A stretch of DNA of 64,000 nucleotides from Bacteroidales bacterium. Lineage in GTDB: Bacteria; Bacteroidota; Bacteroidia; Bacteroidales; UBA10428. Position 1 is the first letter of the stretch. Each line of letters opens with the position of its first letter. This document shows positions 53,835-61,976 of the stretch, piece after piece. A program made the translations under genes and the position numbers. Where the stretch lies: NCBI GenBank assembly GCA_016928305.1, contig JAFGKY010000152.1:266-64265 (forward strand), read 5' to 3'. The notes below the pieces were generated by a model. It did not search any database and had not been told where the DNA came from. It worked only from the letters and a program-made list of their open reading frames with translations.

Positions 53835-55370
53835 TTATTGCCTGTCGAAAACCATCGTAATATTGTGTTTCCTCCAGAATGAAGAAGAATATTGCTGAAT
53901 GGAAAGAATGCTGTTCTTTTCCTGAAGTGTCCAACGTTCCTCAGTGAAGATCTCATATTGTCGATCACCCCATAATACGTTTACTTTTGATTGAATGACA
54001 AGGGTATCCCTGCTTTGATTGAACTGAGCGGTTGTTATTCGCGGAAAATTCATAAAGGCCGATCTGTTTTCTTTTCCGTCAAGGGTCAGTTTTTCCTCCG
54101 TTGTTCGGTCATCCGCATATTCTAAAATGACAGTACGTTTAATGGCAAGTTCATTTTCGTTTTGTACAATTTCAATTTTAAAAGGCAGGTTGCTGGCTCC
54201 AAAATTGTCCAGCATACTCTTTTCTTCATTGAAAATCCATTTACCTGTAAAATCCACAGGCATAATAACCGGTTCGGGTATTGGAGGTAAACCACAGGAT
54301 GCCCGGTATTGTATCATAATATTCCTGTACACAACATCTTCCAGGCTTAGTACACGGGGATCATTGACCAGTACATGGTATTGTTTCTTCAGCGTATTTC
54401 TGACCATCCCGGCCCATGTAACATATAATCCCCATTTTGGCTGGCTGTCGAGTATTTCGAGTGAAGGCGGGTTACCTACTTCAGCAAGTATGAGTGGTTT
54501 ACCGGTTGACAAAGCCAGCAGACTGTCATAATATACCTGGTTGAAATCATTTCTGTAAACGTCGAGTGCTAATACATCGAGATACGTATTGCCCGGATGA
54601 AAGTAAGAAAACTGCATTTCGGGCTTATTTGGCCTGTCAACGCTCCATACCCAGATAAGGTTGGTAAGTTTGTGATGGTTGACAAATCGTAAAAACAATT
54701 GCCGGTAAAGCATAGTTGTACTATACTCACCGGTGTGTCCTCCCCACCAGAACCAGTCACCATTCATCTCATGGTATGGTCGCCAGAGGACAGGGACACG
54801 GGCCTCCTGAAGTTTATTAAGGTATTTGGCGATACTGTCAACCTGGGCACACCAGCGCTTGTACAGTGAAGTGCCCGGTGTAAGCACATCCCTGAATTGC
54901 CCGTCCGGCAACCTGCCCTGTATGCTGGCAAGGGAATCGGGCCGGTCCGAAGATTTTGGCCTGAACGTTACAGGTTCATCAGCGGTTGGAGGCACTGCAT
55001 GCCAGCATATAGTGATAATTGAGCCCAGATGGTGTTGCCGTATACATTCTTTAACGATATCCGGTCGGGCAAGGTAGGAATCCGTATCTCCGTCCCTGGC
55101 AAATCCCCAGTCAGTGCTGAAAACAGCAGGGGTTTTCCCAATAAAGCCGGCAGCAAAACGTGTGTTCCTGTCCCTGATGTTGGGATAGTTATGCTGACCG
55201 GTAAGGGTATAATGACCCGATACGGAATATAAAAGATGCAACAGCGCTCTTGCTTCGGGTGAAGCATTGGGAGTAACCGGTTCAGGAGCAACAGGCTGGC
55301 CAGGCAGTATTGAACAATACAACCATGAACTTGCTGACAGCAATATGAATATCTTTTGTCGGAATATCAT
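53835..55370 (-). CDS. GH26-family beta-mannanase-like glycoside hydrolase with C-terminal lipocalin-like domain
   Basis: 511-aa ORF with a signal peptide and the GH26 signature LWRPYHEMNGDWFWWG. Confidence 0.8.
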   Translation of the reverse strand: MIFRQKIFILLSASSWLYCSILPGQPVAPEPVTPNASPEARALLHLLYSVSGHYTLTGQHNYPNIRDRNTRFAAGFIGKTPAVFSTDWGFARDGDTDSYLARPDIVKECIRQHHLGSIITICWHAVPPTADEPVTFRPKSSDRPDSLASIQGRLPDGQFRDVLTPGTSLYKRWCAQVDSIAKYLNKLQEARVPVLWRPYHEMNGDWFWWGGHTGEYSTTMLYRQLFLRFVNHHKLTNLIWVWSVDRPNKPEMQFSYFHPGNTYLDVLALDVYRNDFNQVYYDSLLALSTGKPLILAEVGNPPSLEILDSQPKWGLYVTWAGMVRNTLKKQYHVLVNDPRVLSLEDVVYRNIMIQYRASCGLPPIPEPVIMPVDFTGKWIFNEEKSMLDNFGASNLPFKIEIVQNENELAIKRTVILEYADDRTTEEKLTLDGKENRSAFMNFPRITTAQFNQSRDTLVIQSKVNVLWGDRQYEIFTEERWTLQEKNSILSIQQYSSSFWRKHNITMVFDRQ

Positions 55371-55390
55371 GATAAGGCCTGTATTGAATG

Positions 55391-57373
55391 TTAACTTTCC
55401 TTTCCCGACATACGCTCAACTGCATCGGCAATCTGGTCTGGTTTTCCCATGATATAAATAATATCACCCGCATAAAAAATGACGCCCGGATCGGGATGTT
55501 CCAGTAATATTCCATTGCGGAGGATTGCAATGAGAGTTACCCGGTACTTTTTCCGGAATTGCATCTCAATCAGGTTTTTCCCAACCAATGGAGAACTTTC
55601 AACTACCTTAAAGGCAGTGATCTCAATGTTCGGTAATTCATTTAGAACAGAAATTCCTTTCTTGTCTTTTTCTTCACGGAATATTCCGTAATTTTCTTCC
55701 CGTATCTTTGCAAGTGCAATATTAATATCGCGTTGTGGAACCAGCATTTTTTTGAGTATACGTTCGAAAATTTCGATTGCCGTTTCAAATTCTTCGGGAA
55801 TCACCTGGTCTGCTCCTATTCGGTATAGCTCTTCAATGTCATCAACATATTTGGTCCGTACAAAAATATAACCGTGTTTGTTCAGGTTCCTGATCTTTTC
55901 GACAATAGACATAGCTGTTATCAGATTACCTACCGAAACGACAATAATTTCTGCAGTATCGGTATGTGCTTTCAGCAGAATTGGCTCGTTCACGGCATCA
56001 CCGTATATGATCGTATCACCTTTACGTTGCCGCTGCCGCGCAGTTGCAGGATCAAAGGCAATGGCTATATAAGGAAGATTCATGAATCTCGCCATCTTTG
56101 ACAGATTCAGTGAACGGGAATCCTTACCGATGAACACAATATGATTTTTTAGTTCGGGCAAATCAATTTGCTGCAAAGGAAATATTCCTTCCACAATACG
56201 TTTCGGCACCGGCAATTTCAGCAGAACATTGGCCAGTGGCCTGGAAACGTGAATCAGGATCGGAGAAACGGATACCGTAATCACTGCCACTGCAAGAAAC
56301 AGATGAAAATAATAGTCTGACATAATATGATAATCCAGCCCCTTTTTTGCCAGCAGGAATGAGAATTCCCCTACCTGGCTTAAGGCAATACCTACCATTA
56401 CGGTGCCCCGGAAAGTGTGCCCAAGTACAAAAGCAGTACCCCCTGCAATAATTGTTTTCATCATAATGACCATTGCCACAGTTCCTAAAACCAACAGGGG
56501 ATTCTGAAGTACAAATTGCAGGTCGAGCATCATTCCGATGGATACAAAGAAAAAGCTGGTAAATGTATCCTTAAAGGGGACAAGATGACCGAAAGCATTA
56601 TGACTGTATCCTGATTCAGAAATCATCAGTCCGGCAAGAAATGCCCCGAAAGCAAGTGACAACCCAAGCTCTGATGTAAGCATTGCCACCGAAAGACAGA
56701 TCAGCAGGATGCACATGAGAAACAATTCCTGGTTCTTAGTCAGGGCTATAAGGTGCAGAAACCATGGCATCAGCCAACGGTTCCCTGCATAAACGATAAC
56801 GATGATGATGATGGCCTTTACCAGTAAAAGGGCCAATTGAGATCCCTGCCCCGATAACTCACCTCCCAGCATAGGCGTGAGAAGCAAAAGAGGTGCAAGG
56901 AGGATATCCTGAAAGATAAGGATACCCAGGACGGTACGGCCATAGTTGGATGACAGCTCGGATCGCTCCTGCAGAAGTTTCAGCACAACAGCAGTACTGC
57001 TCAGGGCAGTGAGGAAACCGATAAATAATGCTTCGGTTTCATTTGCTCCGAACAAACGGGCAGCAAACATTGCGGCTACTGTGGTCAGGATGAACTGCAT
57101 GAACCCCCCCAGAAAGACTATCTTTCTGATTTTGAGCAAATGATTAAGGGAAAATTCCATCCCGATGGTAAACAATAGCAATATCACTCCAATCTCAGCC
57201 ATCAGCTCAATCTCATGCGGTTGTTTTATTACGGCCAAAAGATGAGGCCCGGCAACAATGCCGGTTAACATATATCCGATAATAGTGGGGATCTTGATCC
57301 GTGTAAAAAGGAAGTTCACTGCCGTGGAAAGGGCGAAAATAATGATGATATCTTTCAGTATATTGATTTCCAT
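55391..57373 (-). CDS. CPA2-family monovalent cation:proton antiporter (Kef-type) with TrkA-N/TrkA-C regulatory domains
   Basis: The ATG at 57373 gives MEINILKD (the track uses the TTG at 57385). It has a ~400-aa polytopic Na_H_exchanger-like region and a C-terminal TrkA_C pattern (VVESSPLVGKNLIEMQFRKKYRVTLIAILRNG). Confidence 0.88.
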   Translation of the reverse strand: MEINILKDIIIIFALSTAVNFLFTRIKIPTIIGYMLTGIVAGPHLLAVIKQPHEIELMAEIGVILLLFTIGMEFSLNHLLKIRKIVFLGGFMQFILTTVAAMFAARLFGANETEALFIGFLTALSSTAVVLKLLQERSELSSNYGRTVLGILIFQDILLAPLLLLTPMLGGELSGQGSQLALLLVKAIIIIVIVYAGNRWLMPWFLHLIALTKNQELFLMCILLICLSVAMLTSELGLSLAFGAFLAGLMISESGYSHNAFGHLVPFKDTFTSFFFVSIGMMLDLQFVLQNPLLVLGTVAMVIMMKTIIAGGTAFVLGHTFRGTVMVGIALSQVGEFSFLLAKKGLDYHIMSDYYFHLFLAVAVITVSVSPILIHVSRPLANVLLKLPVPKRIVEGIFPLQQIDLPELKNHIVFIGKDSRSLNLSKMARFMNLPYIAIAFDPATARQRQRKGDTIIYGDAVNEPILLKAHTDTAEIIVVSVGNLITAMSIVEKIRNLNKHGYIFVRTKYVDDIEELYRIGADQVIPEEFETAIEIFERILKKMLVPQRDINIALAKIREENYGIFREEKDKKGISVLNELPNIEITAFKVVESSPLVGKNLIEMQFRKKYRVTLIAILRNGILLEHPDPGVIFYAGDIIYIMGKPDQIADAVERMSGKES

Positions 57374-57578
57374 ACCGGATGGCAACGAATGAAATAAAGG
57401 TAGCTATAATTCTTTTATTACAGTCACCCGGTAAAATACGATCTTATATTTTTTTTAAACACCAGATTTATAATTTTAACCTTAATCTTATTTTTGATAC
57501 CGTTGCATTTTCTTCCTGAACAGAATATTTTTATTGAATCTGTTTTTATTGTAGGTTTGAATTTAAAAATCAGCAACT

Positions 57579-57812
57579 ATGAAAAAGATTATTTCCCTGG
57601 CTGTTCTGTTAATTCCCGTTTTACTATCGGCTTCGTGTATATTTAACAGGGATAAATGCATATCCTGTGAAATATATGATGATTATGGCTATTACCAGGA
57701 GTATTATGGCAGTGAATGCGGTTCTTTCAGCAGACTTGAAGACTTTGAGGAAGAAGCCGATGATTACGCCTGGAATTATTATAACGGTTATGCTGTTTGT
57801 TATGATGATTAA
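57579..57812 (+). CDS. Small acidic Cys/Tyr-rich lipoprotein
   Basis: 77-aa ORF with the lipoprotein signal MKKIISLAVLLIPVLLSASC. The mature part has 6 Cys, including the lipobox Cys, and many Y/D/E. Confidence 0.5.
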   Translation: MKKIISLAVLLIPVLLSASCIFNRDKCISCEIYDDYGYYQEYYGSECGSFSRLEDFEEEADDYAWNYYNGYAVCYDD

Positions 57813-57921
57813 CGGGTTGATTTTTCAATCTGTCAATGCAGAATTAATAAGGAGTATCATTTAAGACCAGGCGAATATCGAAATACTATGCATTGCATAG
57901 AAAAACGCGTTGCGGGCTATA

Positions 57922-58944
57922 CTACAAACCGGGTTTATGTTTTATGGTACCGGGATTCACACCTCCGGTATTTTTCATACTGCTCCTGGAAACAATTATG
58001 GCATATGCCCACCAGTTAATTACGGCATTGTTGAGATCTTCACTCCGGTAATACCTGTCGAGTCCTTTCAATGTGTCATTTAAATATTTTTTTCCAAAAC
58101 TATAGGGATCATAGGATTCATAAAAAATCTCACCATCAACTACTTTATAGCCTTTTATCACTATGAAATGTCCCCAGCCTTCTTCTTCTGCCGAATAGAA
58201 TTTGTCGACATGCCATCGGACATTTTGCTCCTTTCTTATATAGAACATATCAAGACACAGGATTGCAATATGACCGGAATGAATTTCGTATTGCAGTGAA
58301 TCAACATGGGGAAGGCTTATGGTCTTATTATTTATTGCATACATATTAAGGTAGTTTATAATATCATTCGTGTACCACCATCCTCCGTCTGAACGATAGG
58401 TGTTTCTCGCATCTTCGGCCGTTTTGTCAAAACTTTCGTTCACCCATTTAATGGCCATTGTTACAGATGCCGGGCCACAATTGTTATAGGCATGCAATCC
58501 GGTATTCATCTGGTCAATATACCAGTAATAACCGGTGTTGTTGCTTTCCCCGTCTGTATATTCTCTCCCCAGCCCATACAACCTCTCAACCGTTGTTTTT
58601 GGAATGGTTATACCTTTTGAAATAATATCCGATAGATCTCCGTCACTCACGGTTAATTCGATGTTAGCCTGTCTTGGTTCCGCAAGTTCAAAAAGGTAAA
58701 ACACCGGATTCTCTGCATATGGATCATCAAAAACCACAGCATCCCAATCTGAATTCCACCGGTAGATCAGGGCATCCCCGTCCGGGTCACTGGAGCCGTT
58801 GTGAAATTCAATCCGGTCAATTTCATCAGTATAAGTATAATCAGCTATGGGTTCATGATTGTGCTTTTCTTTATCCTCTGTGCAGGAAAAAACAAGCGGG
58901 AACACTATTGTTATCAAAACCGTAAGCTTGTAAAAAAGTTTCAT
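57922..58944 (-). CDS. C39-like (papain-fold) peptidase with N-terminal PKD-like domain
   Basis: The ATG at 58944 gives the signal/lipoprotein sequence MKLFYKLTVLITIVFPLVFSC. It has a PKD-like segment (FHNGSSDPDGDALIYRW), the Cys motif NNCGPASVTMA and the His motif GHFIVIKGY. Confidence 0.75.
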   Translation of the reverse strand: MKLFYKLTVLITIVFPLVFSCTEDKEKHNHEPIADYTYTDEIDRIEFHNGSSDPDGDALIYRWNSDWDAVVFDDPYAENPVFYLFELAEPRQANIELTVSDGDLSDIISKGITIPKTTVERLYGLGREYTDGESNNTGYYWYIDQMNTGLHAYNNCGPASVTMAIKWVNESFDKTAEDARNTYRSDGGWWYTNDIINYLNMYAINNKTISLPHVDSLQYEIHSGHIAILCLDMFYIRKEQNVRWHVDKFYSAEEEGWGHFIVIKGYKVVDGEIFYESYDPYSFGKKYLNDTLKGLDRYYRSEDLNNAVINWWAYAIIVSRSSMKNTGGVNPGTIKHKPGL

Positions 58945-59308
58945 TATCTTACTGCTTTTTAAATGCATATTATTTGCCGTCAGTTTACATCTTTCATGTA
59001 CGATGAAGCGTTGTCATAAGATTTCCTGGTTAAATTAATCCAAATTTTACAGCGGTGCAATCGACTGATCAAATCCATCTTTTTTTACATGTGTGGTATG
59101 AATAAAATCCTCCTGAATAAAGCTGCCGTTAATTAGTTGATTCGGAGCGTATGAGGATCGGTATACTTCCCCGCTGGTTGCGGCGGGTTTGTTCATTAAA
59201 AAAGAACGATGGATTCAATGTGTTGTTGATGTGTTTTCATCCTGTTTCCCGTTCGGATTATTTTTATTAATTTCAAAGATGCTTTTTCATTTCTTAAATA
59301 CTTATAAT

Positions 59309-61933
59309 ATGTATACCAGATTTTTAGCAACGGTTATATTCTTCGTTCTTACGATGGAATGTTTCACTCCCTATGCCAATGCTCAGTTTCAAACGGCCAG
59401 GATATTCACAAGCGGTATGGTGTTGCAGCGCGACCTCGAGATTCCGGTTTGGGGAACCGCGGGTGTAGGGGATACGGTGATTGTAATCCTGAATGCGGTT
59501 TCTGATTCCGCATTTGCCGATAGTGAAGGAAAGTGGGAAGCAAGACTTCCGGTGATGACTGCAGGTGGACCGTATACCATGACACTTGTATGCAAAGGTA
59601 ATACACTGACCCGCACAAATGTATATATCGGGGATGTATGGCTTGCAGCTGGGCAGTCGAATATGGAATTCAAATTAAGCCAGAGCGATGGAGCCGCAGC
59701 GGAAATAGCCGGTGCCTCTAATGATTCCTTGCGTCAGTTTCTGATACAAAATACACTGGGCAATGAACCGGCTGAAGATGTGCCTGCAGGCAGTGCATGG
59801 ACGGCTGCTGTTTCGGCCACTGTCGGTAATTTCACTGCCGTGGGGTACTATTTTGCCCGCGATCTTCAGCAGGTGATTGGTGTTCCCATTGGTATTATCA
59901 ATGCATCAAAAGGTGGCGCACGCATCGAAACCTTTATGAGCGAAGAAATGCTGGGATATGATGAACAGGATGTTACCCTTGCTTCGGGAGAAAATGAAAG
60001 ACAACCAACGGTGGCTTTTAATACCCTGATAAATCCCTTGCTTCGTGTGCCGATGAAAGGTATTATCTGGTACCAGGCCGAGTCAAACGGTGATAATATG
60101 GAGGATGCACTATCCTATGGCTATCTGTTTAAAAAATTGATTGTTGCATATCGTAATTTATGGGGATTGGGAGATATCCCTTTTCTTTGGGTACAGCTTC
60201 CTTCGCAGGGGGCTGCTGCGGTGGAAAGTTCTCCCAATGCCTGGGATGCCTGGCCCAGGCTAAGGGCTGCACAGAGCAGGGCATTGGCGTTGCCCAACAC
60301 GGGTGAAGCCACGACCATTGATGTTGGTGATGTGGATATACACCCTACTCATAAGGAACCGGTGGGGCACCGGTTGTCACTGGTTGCACGCAAGGTTGCC
60401 TATGGCGAAGATATCGTATATTCCGGTCCCCGGTATAACGGTCATACCCTTTCCATAGACGGTCGTGTTAAAATAGGATTTGATCATACAGGAGGAGGTC
60501 TTGTCGCAAAGAACTCGGTCAATGATTCCATTCACTGGTTCTCTGTGGCCACAGCTGACGGAACATTATATCCTGCCAAAGCCGTTCTTGAAGGTGACTC
60601 CGTTGTCGTATGGAATGAAGAAGTTACTGAACCTGCAATAATACGCTATGCATGGGAATATAATCCTGAGAATGTGAATTTCTATAATGCAGAAGATCTG
60701 CCTGCAGTGCCCTTTCTGATAAACACCGTCAATCCCGGCTTTGGAATAAAGTCGTTCACAACTACGGACTCAACTATTGAAAGATGGAAGAGCGCTGTTC
60801 TGTCATGGGAAGTGTACGGTACATCATCCGTGACCTTGAACGGCGAACCGGTCGATTCCATCGACGGGATCAGGATATTCCCGACGGATACCACTGAATA
60901 TATACTTATTGCAGTTAACAGGAATAATGCAAGTAACAACATAGCCGATACCATAACCATAAACGTAATTGAACCCTTGCCCACCATTACGCTGAAATCC
61001 GATCAGGGGGACATTGTTGATCCGGGAACCGAAATCACCTTCACAGCAGACCTGACCATTCCTGCAGGCTTAACCATTGTGAAGGTCGAATTTTTTGTTG
61101 ATGATGTTTTACTGTTTTCCGATACTGAAGCCCCTTATGAAACAAAATGGACCACTCCCGATGCGGGTGAGTACAACATCAAAGCGGCCGTTACGGATGC
61201 CAACAGCGCTGTTGTTGAATCAAACACCATAAACTTGCTGGTGACAAACGTCTCGGTGTTAACATTCGAGGCTGAAAATGCTGCCCGTACCGGGAGCGGA
61301 ACAGTGAAAAGCAGTTCCCTGGCCAGCGGTGGGAAATATGTAGATATGACTGACGCCTGGACCCTTACCTTCAGCGGGATAAATGTTCCGGAAACAAAGG
61401 AATATCAATTGAGCATCCGGTATCTTCTGAATTATGAATCACCCAAAACCCAGAATTTAAAGATCAACGGCACACTTTTTTCAAGCATTGAATTTACGGC
61501 TCCCAATACCACAACCTGGATGACATACAGGCTAAATATTCCATTGGCTGCGGGCGAAAATGTAATTGTCATTGAAGGCGTGTGGAACTGGATGAGTTTT
61601 GATTATATTGCCATAGCCGGGGAGGGACTGACAGGCATAGAAGATGTTGAAGCGGATCAGCCTGCTGATCATGTGCTGATTCATAACATCCCGAATCCGT
61701 TTTCAAAGTCAACCCGTATCGTATATTCGCTGGCTGAGCCGGGACATGTGTTGCTGGAAGTGTATGATATGGCCGGAAAGGAAGTAACACAATTGGTTAA
61801 CGGGATCAAGATGGCAGGAACACACACCTGTTGGTTCACTACCGGGGGAGACCTGCCCGACGGAGTTTACCTGGCAAGGCTAAACTTCAACAACAGGGTG
61901 ATGGCAAGACGAATGCTGTTGATCAGGGAATAA
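59309..61933 (+). CDS. Sialate O-acetylesterase-family (SASA/GDSL-like) esterase with Ig-like, CBM-like and T9SS C-terminal sorting domains
   Basis: The ATG at 59309 gives the signal sequence MYTRFLATVIFFVLTM. It has GDVWLAAGQSNME and WYQAESN motifs. It also has Ig-like repeats and a CBM6/35-like module (LTFEAENAARTGSG...). The T9SS CTD reads IPNPFSKSTRIVYSL...GVYLARLNFNN. Confidence 0.85.
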   Translation: MYTRFLATVIFFVLTMECFTPYANAQFQTARIFTSGMVLQRDLEIPVWGTAGVGDTVIVILNAVSDSAFADSEGKWEARLPVMTAGGPYTMTLVCKGNTLTRTNVYIGDVWLAAGQSNMEFKLSQSDGAAAEIAGASNDSLRQFLIQNTLGNEPAEDVPAGSAWTAAVSATVGNFTAVGYYFARDLQQVIGVPIGIINASKGGARIETFMSEEMLGYDEQDVTLASGENERQPTVAFNTLINPLLRVPMKGIIWYQAESNGDNMEDALSYGYLFKKLIVAYRNLWGLGDIPFLWVQLPSQGAAAVESSPNAWDAWPRLRAAQSRALALPNTGEATTIDVGDVDIHPTHKEPVGHRLSLVARKVAYGEDIVYSGPRYNGHTLSIDGRVKIGFDHTGGGLVAKNSVNDSIHWFSVATADGTLYPAKAVLEGDSVVVWNEEVTEPAIIRYAWEYNPENVNFYNAEDLPAVPFLINTVNPGFGIKSFTTTDSTIERWKSAVLSWEVYGTSSVTLNGEPVDSIDGIRIFPTDTTEYILIAVNRNNASNNIADTITINVIEPLPTITLKSDQGDIVDPGTEITFTADLTIPAGLTIVKVEFFVDDVLLFSDTEAPYETKWTTPDAGEYNIKAAVTDANSAVVESNTINLLVTNVSVLTFEAENAARTGSGTVKSSSLASGGKYVDMTDAWTLTFSGINVPETKEYQLSIRYLLNYESPKTQNLKINGTLFSSIEFTAPNTTTWMTYRLNIPLAAGENVIVIEGVWNWMSFDYIAIAGEGLTGIEDVEADQPADHVLIHNIPNPFSKSTRIVYSLAEPGHVLLEVYDMAGKEVTQLVNGIKMAGTHTCWFTTGGDLPDGVYLARLNFNNRVMARRMLLIRE

Positions 61934-61976
61934 AAGGAGAACAAGCTGAAAGCCCAGTAATGCCTTTCCTTTTACA

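Noticed and set aside
58945-58990. A possible fifth operator copy (minus strand GATGTAAAC-N12-ATATGCATT) at the C39-peptidase start, and ATGTGTGGTATGAAT at about 59088.
   Set aside because: Both lack the ATGTGTGAAT leader. The second half-site is poor (6/9), and no -7-like box follows at 21 nt. Both are probably chance.
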